Shown here: piece by piece, positions 38,331 to 56,679 of the stretch
How the letters are laid out: each line of letters starts with the position of its first letter
Numbering within the stretch: the first letter of the stretch is position 1
Source of the DNA: Dicyema japonicum
Taxonomy: Eukaryota > Animalia > Dicyemida
Direction of reading: 5' to 3'
Length of the DNA: 64,000 nt
Assembly: GCA_011109175.1 (NCBI GenBank)
Contig: RDEW01000025.1
Coordinates: forward strand, 31,990-95,989
Made by a program: the position numbers and the translations under genes
The notes under the pieces: model-generated
What the model saw: only the letters and a program-made list of their open reading frames with translations
Database searches by the model: none
Told to the model about the DNA's origin: nothing

Positions 38331-40149
38331 ATAATCCTGATCCAGAAAGAAAGGAAATGTAGTTTTTTGCTGCCCCACTTTCATTTTGGCTAAAAATCTC
38401 GTTCATAACAAGGTTCCACTGTATCACCGAAAAATAAGATATTACACGTGTACCGTGCAAACTAACGAAAAATTTTTCAATATTAAAAATAAGAGGGCTC
38501 AGGGCGGTTCTCTGAGAACGATTTTTAGGAACAATTCCAGCGTGCCTGTCAATGTTTTACAAACGACTTTTATTTTTTACGATTCCGAAACTATCCTGCT
38601 AATTTCTATCACGTGGAAGGTATTAGCTTCAAGTTAGCTTTAAAGACCTTCAAAGGAACTTTCCGATTCCTTTTTGAAAAGTGATCTTTACATGAAGCAC
38701 TTAAACTCAAAGTGGATGGAAGCTATTAAGCTTTTCGCCAAAGATCGTGTATTGGCTTCTCTTTAATGTCGACTTTAAAGATAGTTTTTATCTTACGATA
38801 GGAATTCAAGAATAAGTGATTCCTTGTATCAAGTCTGTTCACTTTTAATTTTTATTTTCTATCAGTTTTTTTCTTTCAAAAGTAGTTCCATGCAGTTTTG
38901 CAACTTTGATTTTAATAATCAAATGATCCAGTCATTCCACAAATTCTCTCAGCTTCATTCAAACAATTTAAAAACCCACGATTGGTGCAACAAATTAATT
39001 GTTAATTAAATAAAGTTTTAAACGAATTATAATGCAATCTTATTTTTATGTCTGTTAAGACAATAAAAAGTTTAGGATTTGAAGGAAAATAAACTATCTC
39101 ATCGACAAATTGTTAAAAAATATTGCAAAAAGATTAATTTAGGGATCATTTAAGTACAATCTCTTTATTCAAAAAAGTACTACTTGTTTTTTTATGAAAA
39201 GACACGAACAATAATTCAGACTTAGCTGCCTACAACCCGTATCAAAGTGCCTCAAAATCATGCTCGGAGATCAAAATGAGAACACACTGTCCTACCCTCC
39301 AGGATTACATAATGATGTATCGTGTTAAAGTTATTTTTGATATCGATCTTGAAGATACATATGGGATACTTCTGTAATGTGGTGAAAAAATACGCACAGT
39401 ATGAACTGATGCTTCACAGAAATGGTTAAAAGTTGAAAGTTTCATAGAAATGGTTAAAGTTGAAAGTTTATACAGCAATTGATAAAGTTGAAAGTTTTTG
39501 AAATTATCATTAAAGGTCACGTCTTAAAGGCCACATAAGTAAGTCCTAAAAGGGCTAAATATATGCAAATACGTACCCCAAAAAAGTCAGATCAAGTGAG
39601 GTTAAATACTAATAATTCGTTTCCCAAAGAAACTCAAAAAAATGCTTATTTCAGGCCTAAATTTTAAATTATAATAATATGAGATTCGCTCAAATAATCA
39701 GTAGCGCTCAAGAGGATCTCCTGTTCGTGTAGAATACTATGTATAAGTTTTATATACGAGTTTACATCCTCTAACCTGCTTTCTATATCTTCTTCACAAA
39801 TATTGTATAAAAATCAAAGGATATTTTAATGCCGCTGATTTTTAATTTTTCGATGACGATCAAAAAACAAAGAGAAAATTTTGTTGAAATCTTCTTTAAG
39901 TTATTCTGACAAGATGGGGAAGTTGGTCAAAATTTTGGATTAATAAGTCAAAAATAAAAATCGCCTTACTAATGACTTCTTTGCTAATTCTTCCAATTGT
40001 TTTAAAAGTTTTAAAGGTGATAGGGATGAATCGGAAATATTATCTAGGACGGAGTACTAAATAGAATATCTGAGATAACATTCTGTGAGTGAAAATAGTT
40101 TTCCTGCTATTAATATTTTAATATATCTGGGATACAAAAATAAAATTAG

Positions 40150-40390
40150 GTTAATAATCCTGAAACCAGTAAATCAATCTTTGAAGTATATCATAGTTGA
40201 TTGAATAAAAGTTTAAAGTGATCAAGGTATTTTGGGAATTGCATCAGCAAATGGTCAGATCGTAAGACTCTCTTCTCCCAGTGTAGGTGATCAACAAGGT
40301 GGTCCAGTTCATCTCCAAAGCAGACAAGTCTATTTTGAACCTTTATTCATGTTATATCAGCTGACATGGGCAAAACGGTTAGTTTGAGAA
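40150..40390 (+). pseudogene. Possible MIOS-like WD40 remnant
   Basis: DQGILGIASANGQIV..H..RQ..LTW resembles MIOS LLAVGQANGRVV..HARQCNTLAW. The match is short and interrupted by stops. Confidence 0.25.
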
Positions 40391-40599
40391 GATGCAATTC
40401 CTTTGAATTCCATCTATTCCGTTTAAGGCAGTCCTCTCAAAAATTGAACATTTCTGAAATGTTTATTGAAAAAATTAAATTTAACAGAAAAACGGACAAT
40501 GAAGAAAATTATCATACTTTTAATTTTACTTTGATCGGCAGTCAAGAGAAGTATAAAAGCTATTAAGTTTTAAATCGGCGCTATTAGACACTGTCAACC

Positions 40600-44543
<3,944 letters not shown>

Positions 44544-44659
44544 TAATTTAGACTCTTTATTTTTTGGTTTTTTGTTGAATTTTTTTTTACTTTTATCAAT
44601 ACTTTTTTTATTAGTCGAATTTTTTATTTTATTATTATATTAGTCGAATTTTTTTTAAA

Positions 44660-44830
44660 CAAAAATTTTTTAAACAATTAAACAAATGTCAGTTGAGGAA
44701 GCCTGCTGCGTGGATTGCGAACGAGTTAGTCGAATTAAATTATAAGTTATTGATTATTATAAAGATTGTCAGGCCACACTCAGCTTTCTCCAGTCGGTCT
44801 CATGGTGGGATGCAAGCTCGATTTAGTCGG
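44660..44830 (-). mobile_element. CRE-clade 3' ends
   Basis: 44665-44725 is a near-identical inverse copy of 54617-54690. Confidence 0.7.
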
Positions 44831-44953
44831 CGATATTATAATTTAATACATTATTAGGATTGATTCAAAAATTTTAGTGATTCAGTTTGATTACTGAATT
44901 TCATAAGCAAAAAAGTCATATTTTCATATATTGGAAATTTTTTAAGACAATTA

Positions 44954-45030
44954 CAGTAAAGTCCTCAATTTGGCCAATTTATGGCTAAAAGTTTACGTCA
45001 GGGGTTCAAAAAGGCCAATTCTCAAATTGG
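44954..45030 (+). mobile_element. pogo/Tigger-like terminal fragment
   Basis: TA|CAGTAAAGTCCTCAATT resembles pogo-type TIR starts. No partner end was found. Confidence 0.3.
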
Positions 45031-45719
45031 CAACTCATTATTAAAAAATAAATTTGTTGAAAGCAAAATTACTACTCGCTTCTAGACTTTCTACTCTTAG
45101 AAGAGGAGTTGTTGACCTGAAACCCATCCGTTTCCCCTTCACCTGGGTTGCTGGAACGTTATCTAACTGATTAGCTAATTCCATCATATGTTTGCTGCAA
45201 CTAAATCTTTTTCTATAGTGCCCATTCCACATTTATACTTCACCAACATGATCTCCAACGTCTTATGAACAGTTACATTAACTAATCGTTGATAGTAATT
45301 AAAAAAACAAGAAATGTTTTTAACTGTTTTCTCTTGCGTGTGAGTCCTATTTAGACGATCCGGATCAGCAGTGAAGCATTCACTGATGACGACGCCACTC
45401 TTCACTCCCTAAGTATCGTAGATGGGTGGAATCTTCAGCAAGAATGTAAACCTGTGGCAATCAGGACTCTGTACGGCACTCATGACACTTCGACATTCAA
45501 GATATTACCTTTTAGTTAAGAACTATTAGCTCTTAGTATGAGATATGGAATTTAATTATGAATATAGTAGACGAGAGCTACGTCACAGCTCAATCAATTA
45601 ATAACAAAACAAAGTGGATGATTCATCGTCCTAAAAATATAAGAAAAAAGCATTTACTGAAGATTTTTGAGAAGATTCGACAAAAATTAGTAATATTTCG
45701 TCCAAAAAATTAGGTATGT

Positions 45720-46090
45720 TCATTTTCACTGGCAGTATCGCAACTACTGTTTAGTGTGTACATATTTAATCGCTAAATTTAATTCGTGCCCCCTCTCTTG
45801 TCGATGCAGCAGTGGCTGCTTCTCTAGGAATACTATATACGAGGTCGTAAAGCGCTCTCTTGAAGTGGCTAGATTTCTGTACGCTCTGAAACCGGTGGAA
45901 GATAGAAAACATCTAGATGGGATCACAGTCTTCCCATTCTCTGATGAGAAATGCCTGATCTGGAATTGGGCGAATATAGACATCTTTTCTCATTCAAATT
46001 ATCAGATTCCGCACAGCATTTTAAAAACTCTTACTACCTGGTCGAAAAGTTCTATCCTTCTCTGGGAAACTCTCAGTATCAAAGTTCTTT
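45720..46090 (+). mobile_element. CRE-clade CCHC/RLE fragment
   Basis: Translation gives LSCRCSSG.FSR...KHLDGITVFPFSDEKCLIWN. Confidence 0.7.
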
Positions 46091-46299
46091 TGTGATTAAA
46101 TGCACTATTTTTATTGTCAGAAGTAGTAAACTCAATTTATTAAGAAAAAAAGTGAGCACTGCCAAAAGGTTTCCAAATGTCAAAACTCACAACATGTGAC
46201 TTTTGAAGGCTCTTGCCTCAATTATTTCCCAGTTGAAACGAAACATGGGATTTCGCAAGATGTCCTGGCTAATAACCAATTAATATTCCCTCGGAAAAT

Positions 46300-47200
46300 T
46301 TCTTGCCTCAATTAGACCAGATGACCACTTGGAGACACTAAGCTTCGAAATCTTCAATAATGATAAAATCAAGCTTATCAGACGGTAAGCAAGCAAGTTC
46401 ACAGTTTTCCAGTTTACCACGATCCAAAAATAGATATTTCAGACCGCGTCAAACAAACACTGGAAAGTCTCAATCCGGTTTTACAAACCATTTATAAATA
46501 ACATGATCATAACCAAGTACTTAATGGACACACTGAGCACCTAAAGTGTAACATCCTCATGTCATGAAATAAGTCATCTGGCATGTGTTCCGATGAGCTC
46601 TTCGAAATTTGATGTATTTAAACAAAGACTAGCGCCTGCATCACTGAATTTGGTTGCTCTTAATGTATAATAAGTGAGGTTTTGCATGTTCGACTTGAAG
46701 AAAGGAGATCAAGAAGACCCTATCTTTTCCTAGACTTGAGAAGAACAGTTATGGCTTCTTCAGTCCGAGAAAGCTTTCATCCGTCGACCAAGCAACAAAA
46801 GATCTTATCTTTCCAATTGTTTTGTGTGTTCTTAATCATTTAGGCGAAAGCATATTTTATCGCTCTAAAGAACGGGAACATATACCAAGAGTTTTGCAAG
46901 TAATAACATCTTATTAAGTGTTGTTGACCTCATTTTCATATGATTACCTTCCGTCTAATCAAGAGACCCAATAACACAATAGACGTTGTCTTCCAATTAA
47001 ATCGAGATTCGTACCTTTTTCCTGTATTGACCAAATGAATTATAGATCCAACAGAAGCTACTAGGATTTAATAAAGTCGAGCAGATAGTCTTCTCCAACC
47101 AATAAAATAATTCCTTAGCGGTAATTCTGACAATTTTTTTAAATAAAATCCTCAACATTGTTGTTTCCCATTTCAAAAGGTGCGGCAACAACTAGTTCTC
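46300..47200 (-). mobile_element. Ty3/gypsy RT-RNase H remnant
   Basis: Only weak motifs are seen: SIKYL and FVAWSTDESFLGLKKAIT. Confidence 0.3.
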
Positions 47201-47429
47201 TTAGAAACTGAACTTTTCTTTTTACATTCACAGAATTTTAACCAAAAAACACACGCTTGGATCTTTTTTAAAGGAGATTTGAGTTTATTTCGACAGGTCA
47301 CTCATCATGATAAATAGTTCATTGACCTGATCATATTCTCTATGACACTGACCCACTGACAGACTAGATTGCTGTTTGAGGTAAAAATTTTAATATTTAT
47401 AATGGGAGATTTTTTGTTTAGTAGTTTTT

Positions 47430-47760
47430 ATTCTCAGGTTTACCCGCTGGTAGATGACTCGGAGACTACCTTCGACAGACAAACAAGGAGGATTCTAGCA
47501 CAACTACGTTCTGGGCACTTGCTCCTAGAGAACTAATCGGGCTCTTGGCTTTCTCGGACCAGTTATCATTGATTCTTACAAGAAGTTTTCCCTGCCAGGA
47601 TAAGGTGAATTTAGAGAACTGTGCAAGCGTTCAGCACTTGCTGTTTGACGCTTGAGGACAGTTGGTCTCCTACAATATAGAGAGGTCTAGTTAAGCAACC
47701 GGCATTGATACGTCCCACTGTGGTCTCCTTGGTGAGGCTTGGGTAATTCAACTAACTAAG
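47430..47760 (+). mobile_element. I/jockey-type LINE 3' remnant
   Basis: SETTFDRQTRRILAQLRSGH matches the E..LPR.TR..LAQLRSG motif. Confidence 0.65.
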
Positions 47761-50599
47761 CAATGTGCAAGTGGATCATGTTCACGTTTATTTGAATTCG
47801 TTTTATTGAGAAACTCTGAGTCAACAGTTTCCGATCTACTTTGATATGCTCTTGGTTTTATGTAAAACTGGACATGTAAGAATCGTGATTCATATACGTG
47901 ACATTCGACTTAGTTTACAAGAATCTCAGTAGATTTTTCGAGCTGAAATCTCGGAAATTTAAAACTCTGACTGGTAACTTTATCAGCGTTCAGAGAGGAC
48001 GTGTTTGTGTTGAAAATTTAAAATTAATCTACGGGTTCCTTCGAAAGGTGTCTCCGTGGAGTATCGCTATCCCCTCTATTGTTAACTTATTATTCCTTGA
48101 CTTAGCTTCAGCGGAAAATATCCTTGCACAGAATGCAATAAAACCTGAATTAACTACACGTTTTAATAAGCGTGAATATTTATAGTCAGAAAATTCATCT
48201 TTCACCCTGGACAAGGACTTTGAAGATGAACAGTCGATCTCAAACCAAATCTTATCAAAATCCCCTTACGCGGAATTTAAATATTTTGATAATTTACTAA
48301 ACGCTTCTCAGTATTATAGAAGATGTAAAACGTCCAATTCTAGAAGCTATATATTCTTTAGTAAAATCATCAAATCTCACATATTTTCTATGTACAGTTA
48401 AACATTTCTAATCTCCTATTTTTTATAGTCAAGTAAATTCCATAATTTTTACTGTAGTTTATTCATAAACAATTCTTGACGTTTCATTCAGACTCTCAAT
48501 TCAAATACCTTCATTTTTTGATTTATTTAATAACCAGCGATGTACGGAAAGGTGTTGAAAGTTAATTAACATTTAATTAAAATATATTTAGTTCCCATAT
48601 TCGAAGTGAGACATTCAGAAGGACTATAAGAACATTTGTGATAGTTAAAATAACTCCAAAATAAATAAGAAAATCCTCCAACCCATTAATAAAAACTACA
48701 TAAAACAGAATGAACAAATAAAATAACAAAATCACAGTTCTACTCTAGTCCAATTGACTTTCTGCATTTAACCAAATTAATAGTAATTTTCATCCCAGTA
48801 AGTACTACAGATCACACTAATGGATTACTAGTCTAATAATAATGACACTCAATACTCTGAATAATTATCCAATCACGTGCCTTTGGATATTTATGCTTTC
48901 CCTTCAAGACAGCCTTATTAAAGAAACATCCGACTTGTACAGAATTTTTATTAGTATTTTTTGGCCATAATTCCACCGTGTCGTGGAAAATTAGTTCAAG
49001 TAAATCGTAATAGCACGTGGGATGACTCCTCACTTCCGATTTTTTACCAATTAGGGTTAATAGTACAATAAAGCATCCAATGTACTGCCATTGTGGGTCT
49101 TTGAAGGCTGTCGTGGAGGAGATTATGAAGAGCAATCCTTAATGAAACCTCGACTTTCAATGTGAGAGAAACTATCTTATTTTCTAACCATCGAATGATG
49201 GATTCCTCAAACATGGGGCCGAGAAAATAGCAACGCGAATTAATTATTAAAAATACATTCTTTGGAGTGGTAGAAGATGTGGAGTCAGTGATATTTAGGG
49301 TAGAGTCCGGTTTGGCACGTGAATGTTTTTTGTGATATCCAGATCAACATCCTTGTAAGATTGATAATGAAAAATACATTGACATAATTTCATCAAAGTC
49401 AGTTGACTTCCTACCACAAAAAAGGCCAAGATTTGAACATATCCTGAATATATGGAGGTTTGGAATGATATTGACATGATTCTGCCTAATTATTTTATGA
49501 TTACTTTCAGTTATTAGCTTCTTCACATGCCTTGAGACATCCAAAGTTACAATACCTTAATGACACGTGATATTAAATGTATAAATTTTATTTTAATAAT
49601 AGACCCTCGTGAGCGCTGCTGGTTATTTGGGCGAATCTCGCTCGTTATCCTGAAAGGAATTAGCCACGCAGTCAGGCATTACTCTATTTTTTTAAATTAA
49701 CTAAAATTATCTTTATGGATAATAGATTTTATAAATATATATAAGTATTAATCAGAATACCTATGACATAGAGACTCGTCACGTCCTGACTAATCTTTTC
49801 ATTTATTTATAACTTTCCAGGTTGAAACTTTTCAGTCTAAGGATGAATTGATTCCGCAACGGTAGGACTTGTGATAAAAATGGAAGATGGTAAAACTACA
49901 TCTCTACCTTTCTTTGGAAGCTGAAACATGTAACGGTCTATTGGTGTTGCATTATGTCAGCACAAGCAGGCATTCACCCATGGGTTTTTTCTTTGGATTA
50001 GTTAGTTGCCACTGCTTTAATAAATATCCACGTCTAATATTGTCCGGAGACGAAGATGTTGCATTCGCCAATAAATGATAAAGGCATGTATAGCAACAAA
50101 GTGCATAACCAACTCGAATTTCGATCAACTAAGTGTTTAATTTCCATAACATTATGTTTATCCTGTTTATTGATAAATTTAAATACATTCGGTCTTTAAG
50201 CAAATGTCAATTTCTTTCTCTTATAGTCATAAATCAAGAGAGTTTATAGGTTTATCGCTGATTGAACTAGACTGAAAAAACTGTAGATGTTTCGCAAACA
50301 CAAAGATCTAATGAATATTGACGCCAGTTCATTTTCTGACAGATTTTTTATTAACCAACTACCATGAATGTAGGTGTCTCTACACGTTTTGAAATTACAG
50401 CTATATGGTTATTCCTTTTTATTAAGTTGTTTGGCAGTTTTTACACAAGTAAAAGTGGATATGACATGTTTTCAGATCAATATTATAGAGCTTTCATATA
50501 GGTTGATCTAAGAATTTTAGGAAATATGTGAGACTAAAGAGATAGTTGATTGATTTTAGCTTTTGCATTCTCGGAATACCTAATGACTTGCGAAGAACT

Positions 50600-51050
50600 T
50601 TGTTCAGTTTTTGTGCTTATATTGTCGCTGGCGAATGTCGTTTTTAGTTGTTCTTTTGTTCTGAGTGTCCCTTGATACCGCCATAGGTAGGGGAGTGTCT
50701 AAATACTTTTAGTTTTTGCGTTGAAATTTTAAAGGCTTTCCGGAATGATCTTTCTGAGCAGAGAAAGGATTAAATTCTTTTCAGACCCAAGAATCCTAAA
50801 TTGAAGAACTCGTATTTTGAGGTGTTCTGAGTTAGGTTAAGGCTCTCCAGTTGAATTATTAGTCTTCTTAAATCCTCAAACACAACTATAGTGGAATGGT
50901 TGACTTGCCATAGTGCAAGTGTCACCACATGTTCAATGATGTGGTTTAGCATCACGGTTGATTCCTACACTGAATAGACATGGGCTCAGTTAATCTCGAT
51001 GTTGGACTCCCATGAATGAGGTAATAAATTATTCGTCGTGGGCCAGTCTT
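50600..51050 (-). mobile_element. RTE-like RT remnant
   Basis: There is a decayed QG..SP.LFN/FADD region (TEPMSIQC..LNHIIEHV..VFEDL). Confidence 0.3.
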
Positions 51051-52159
51051 GAAGCTTTTCCATAAGAGTTAGGTAGATAATTGTATATTAAGGGGCTGAG
51101 CTGCAAAGCAGTTCAAGAATTATATTACAGTGTGGTGTTGGAGACATTTTTTAATATTAACACTAAAATCAAATCGAGAATATTGTTTTTTGTGATTGTT
51201 GTAATGGAGGTTGGAAAACCTTCGGATTTGCCGACCACTACTTGGGCTTACTGTCATTGTTTAACAAACGTGGGAAAATTGATTTCTTGTTTGCATTGAG
51301 GCATATCAGCAAAAAGCAAATCCCATTGCAAAAGAACAATTGGGTGGGAACAAGCTTTTGTGACTTGTTTTCAGTAGTTTTGCAGAAAATATTCTGTTAA
51401 CTAGTTTTGTGATAACCGACACAAATCGGACGCCAGCTATCCGCTATCCGAACTCTGAGAAATGAGGTTCTGAAGATGTCCAGTTATAGAAGCCAGCTGT
51501 TTGGAGCAATAGAGAAAATCCCATCTTTTATACAAATCAAAAGGGGTTTGTTGATCATCTGGGAGACTTTGGAATCGAGTGAGCTTTGTCTGGGACTTTT
51601 CATACGAATTCACTGAACATTTTGATCTGCAAGAATTCACACATGGACTCCAACTTAAAACGTTTGAAGTGTCTTGTAATTTATAATTGTCTCATTTCGG
51701 AGACAATTCATGTTTTTACAGTTTTTTTGATCTAGAGATGTTCTTTGGACTCGACCATTATGGCCACAAGAAAATTTTTGGATATTTTATTTCACTAGTG
51801 ATGTTGACGATATCTCCTTTTTTTGCTTCTGGGATATTTATAGTGTGCAATTGGTAAACCAAAAATTCGGACCCAATCCTCGTGATCGCCAGAACAGACT
51901 GTTTTGATTGATATAAAGCAACCTAGGGAATCTTAATGATTAGTCTTTGTTGGGAAGTAAGGTTTGAAATAAACTTCACTCGGTTCTAATGGTCAGAGGG
52001 TACTTGTGCAGAAAGCAAATTGGAGTTGGGGGAGTCGTAGTTCTTGGTAGAAAACATGTGAACATTTGACTTTATTCCCATCATAGTAAGATCTGAGTTT
52101 TGATGATTCTAAATTTTGTATTATTACTTTATTTAAGGAAACATTTTGACAAAAAAATA

Positions 52160-52760
52160 TTTAAATATTAATCCTTGGCAGATAGGATTGCTTATCCGTT
52201 TCTACGTAATACGACAATCCCAATTCGTCGTCTTAGCCAGAACGATTCGCGAGTTCTTCCTATTATTTCAAAAAGGCCGCAGTGAAGGATCCTACGGCTC
52301 CCGACGGTTCCATACCAACTAATGTGAATCGGTTATCAGTCTCCAATGGCTGGGTTCTGTGAGTAAATGATGGATCCATAGATTTATTCCTTTGCATGTA
52401 AAAGTTGATAGGTATAGTGAATTGATTCGGTGGAGCTTTAGCCACGACAGCACAAATCTCAATGAAGTATTCTCCACAGCCTGGGCTATCGTCTATCGGT
52501 AAAGTTTTTGGGCGGATTCGGTTAGATTGAAATGAGTTTTCTTTACAAATGCATGTGAAACATTTAGTTTCTGTAAGTTTTTATGATGGTTTGCTTGGAG
52601 TGGGTCATGAACTTCATTATTTTGCAATGTGTTACCCGAGAATACTCGCACATGAACAGAAATCCGCAGGATACTTAGAGGCGTTAGTTGTCAATCTGTC
52701 GCACACACTGTCCAGCTACATTTGAATCTTAGGAAAAGTTTGTTATGATAAAAGTTATTC
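52160..52760 (-). mobile_element. CRE-clade 3' portion
   Basis: FTLVGMEPSGAVG..AAFLK and ESFWLRRRIGIVVLR are present. The terminal segment is related to 1860-1935. Confidence 0.6.
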
Positions 52761-53749
52761 ATAAAATAAATAGGAAAGGATTTATTATAATAACATTGCT
52801 CTTTTAATAATATTAAAAATAAATTTAAAAAAAAAGGGTTAGGTTATGATTTTGTCTGATGTTGAAAGTTTATCCCCAATTGGATAAAACACATTAATGA
52901 ACTTGGAATAAACTCTATAGCATATGTTTCAAATAAGGCGGAGAAGACGAATCGGGGACAGAATATCAGTACTACTTGGTATCTTCTGAATTGAGGATGA
53001 TTTCTTTTAAGAGAAAAAGACATTTGATTGCACGGAGTTACCCAGCTATGACGCTTGTTGTGCTAAAGCACTCAATTCAACCTTGGTAAGATTGTTCATT
53101 TAAGCTTTATAGTGGAGTCACTTCGTTGTTTTTGTGAATATTACATGTCACTGAGATTTCATTTTCTTTCCAACTGGTTATTTCGACATGCTATTCTGAC
53201 AGCTGCATTCTCTCTCACTGTTTGCTGGACACTATATTCGATTTAAACTTAGTATTTGAGGTATAATTAATGTTTAATGATACTATTTAAAATTAATCCA
53301 TTGCATTTTTTCTTATATTGCAGAATTGGGTGAGATTTTGCACCACAAGTTAAGAATAAGGAATTCTACGCTAGTTTGACACAGCGGGGAGAATTCCACA
53401 ATGGAGTGTCTGCTGGACTGAGGATTTCTCAAAATTCCAAACTATCGACTTAATACTCCTTTAGATTGATTCTGGCTGGATTTCGACCACATACTCAAAA
53501 CAGGGAACGTCACAACTTGAATATTCTGGAATTCTTTTGGATTGAGGCTGAATGGACATTTACAAGATATTACATCGAGATTACAGCATAATACCTTAAG
53601 ATTGTTAGTCCTATATGTATGTACGGTAATATTCTATGTACTATGTCTGTGTTGCTTGGAATAGCTGGGGAAGGTTATTTTTTGTGTTATTAGTAGGTTT
53701 GTGATATGAATGTTACTTCCCTGCTAATGTACACAGTGCATCACTCCTT

Positions 53750-54300
53750 AGTGGTAGTTGAACGATTTAGTTTTCCAATCCAATCAGCAGCAACCAGTTG
53801 ATGACGTTTACACATCATGGGACACAATAATTTCAAGAGTTCAAAAAAGATGGGGATCCTCAAGACCTTTGCTAGATCTCCAATATCTTCACTTTCTCAT
53901 CTCAAATTATTATTATACAAACAGTATATTCTACCGATAATGGAACATGCATTTATGGCGTGGATTACATCCTTGTCAATATCCACGCAGAACAAAATTA
54001 GAGGTCATACAAAACCAATGCATCCGGATCCTTCTTAAATGTGACAAATGACGCCTACGTCAGAAATGAGGAACACATTAAATCTCAANTCTCAAAAAAA
54101 TTATGGAACATCTCGGTGACGAACAAAATAAATTCTTGAAAATGGTGCGATCTTCTGGTAATCCCCTTGAAGATGAGTTTCTTGTCTACCAGAAGTATGC
54201 TCGCAAATTTGAGATCAAACCTTTAACCTTTTGGACGATCATAAAAAATTGCAAAGTCGAAACAAAGGAGGACGCACTGATACCGGGATCACTTAATTAG
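53750..54300 (+). mobile_element. Jockey-like LINE RT tail
   Basis: KLLLYKQYILPIMEHAFMAW is present, with an N join at 54090. Confidence 0.65.
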
Positions 54301-54439
54301 ACGATAACCTTTTCTTCTTTCCTTTGTTCCCGGGGTTATAATTATTAGTGGATTTGAGTTATAGGAAGTTCAGAGTATGAGGAAAATAAATAGTTCATTC
54401 GAGATCTGTGGGGACTAACAATATTCACTGTCTTTATTT

Positions 54440-54690
54440 TTAGAACTTACTGGTGATGACTGGGTGAAGAGGGAAGCCAGCAAGGAGTACAGGCCCTTCG
54501 ATGAAGGGTCATGTTATTTCAACAACTTTTCATTTAAACTTAATTAATTGAAAAGGGATCAACGAGAAGGGTTATGGCTAAGCAAAAGATTGGAATAGCC
54601 ATACTCCGAGGGAACTCGTTCGCAATCCACGCAGCAGGCTTCCTCAACTGACATTTGTTTAATTGTTAAAAAAATTTTTCTTAAATAAAA
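54440..54690 (+). mobile_element. CRE-clade 3' end
   Basis: IAILRGNSFAIHAAGFLN* is followed by an AT-rich tail. Confidence 0.7.
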
Positions 54691-54813
54691 AAACAAAAAA
54701 AACTTAATTAATTCTGTGTTAAAAATAATTTATTCATTAATTCGTTAATCGATTGATTCAAATTCATTCATTTATTTTAACAGCGAGATTTTCTCATGAG
54801 ATGTTGTGATTTT

Positions 54814-55756
54814 ATGCTTAGACACAAATTTAATAAATTAATTCTAAGCATGACCCTTGTACTTTAATATTTAATGACTAGTCAATCCTTCTTATTTTTT
54901 TATTTCACACAAAAAACATCTTCAATGATTATTATCAGGTAAAATACAAGTTTCTGTTTGTCGTTATTTCAGGTTAAATAAACTTATTATTGATAGAACC
55001 GAACAACGTGCAGAGAAGAAATGCCATAAGGAAAACATGGGGAAACGTAAGGCTATTGGAAAAATTAAATTCTAAAATTTTTTTCTTCGTCGGACAAAGT
55101 AGGAGTAGGAAAATGTCGTTGATTGAGAACGAACAAAAATTGCATAAGGACATTGTCATTAGTAAAAATTTTATCGAAGATTACCCTAATTTGACCCTAA
55201 AAGTGGAAAATGCATTCTCTTGGGCATTGAATGAGTTTAGAGACTTTGATTACTTTATTAAAATCGACGATGACGTCCTTTTGAATGTCGAAAATTTTTT
55301 CCTTTTCCTAACAAAAGCATGTCCAACAATTTAACTCCAGAAGTCCATTCATATTCTGTTCATTGAACACTGATCCAAAGCCAATTAGAGATCCCAAAAG
55401 CAAGTGGTACCCTTTATCTTTATTAAGGTTTATTAGTGAAGATCAATATCCTAATTCAACTTACCCAGATTTTTGTGGTGGACACACGTATTTGATATCT
55501 AAGCAGGCCATCCCTCAAATTTTGAATAACTGTGGAAACCTAATAAAGCTATATTTGGTGGACGTTTATTCCACTGGTAAAATTATTGGCTGATTTAATA
55601 GGATTTTGCAGATTTGAAAATAATATCCCACTACTTGTGCACCCTAAATTTATTTTAAACTATCCCAATATTTGCAGATTTAAGGATTATGCGACAAAAC
55701 TAAATCATTCAGAAGAATCTCTAAAGGATTTATTTAAAAAAATAAAGAACTGTTGA
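54814..55756 (+). CDS. GT31 family beta-1,3-galactosyltransferase-like protein
   Basis: It has a hydrophobic N-terminal anchor, KFLFVVIS|EPNNVQRRNAIRKTWG, F.EDY.NLTLK, FIKIDDDVLLN, RDPKSKW|F, YPDFCGG..Y and DVYSTG. Introns lie at 54973-54996, 55407-55427 and 55577-55601. A frame break at an A-run occurs near 55316, TGA is at 55754-55756, and the start is uncertain. Confidence 0.88.
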
Positions 55757-56679
55757 TAATCACAAGTTCATAATTAGAGACAGTTATTTTGGTTTTAACG
55801 AGGATTGGTTTGCTTGATTGTAATAATTATGCGGCATGTCAAATATAGTGTTCCCGACAATAGCGTCAATAATTTTTTTACAGTAAAAATAACCTTTTTT
55901 AAATTTTCATATTATAATCACCTCAGAAAAATATTCTAGTTAATTTATCGTCTTCATAAAAAAAGCTTAAATAATTTAATAGAATTAGTTTAAATTAGAA
56001 AAATAAGTTTGGCTTGAAGAGTGACGACGTCATCAGTGAAAACTTACTTCACTGCGGCGAAACAGAATTGTCTGAAGAGCATTCTTTGGTTCTCCTTCTA
56101 CGTTAGCTATAACAACTGTTCTTTACTTAAATAAAGTGTGTGTTCTGCTTAAGCAGAGCCATAGCTGATATGGCTTCGCGAAAAGTGCGATAGTGCATAT
56201 TTCAGGGCAATATTGATTATATATTATTCATAAAATAGGTCAAAGTAGGAAATTTGAGAGGAAAAAAATATTATTTGTATCTCAGTGAGCTGAAATAGGT
56301 CAAAAAGTCTAGATATCTAGTGAAATCTTTTTTTACCGTCATTATTAGAAATAAATTTGTTGATTGGCTAATTTGAAATAGTTTATGTATTGAGAATGGA
56401 CATAAAGGAGAATTAGTAGGAAAAGTGTCAATTTCATGGACAGTTTACACTGTAAAGTAATTGAGTTCGAATCTTTATGAAAACCAACCAACGAAGATAA
56501 ATTACTTTCAAATAATTTTATCCTATAACTTTCATCCTGTTCTATAATGGGTTAAATCTCGCAAACAAGTTGATTTAATTCAGGCCAAGCTAAACTATTT
56601 ATTAAGAGACTTCTCCATGTCAAAAATAGCCTCACTAACTTGTAGGAGGCAAGCAGATATTAAATAGGACGGAGAAGAT

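Noticed and set aside
39415-39505. Three imperfect aaagttgaaagttt repeats
   Set aside because: This is a short, irregular, low-complexity tandem duplication with no unique spacers or associated genes.
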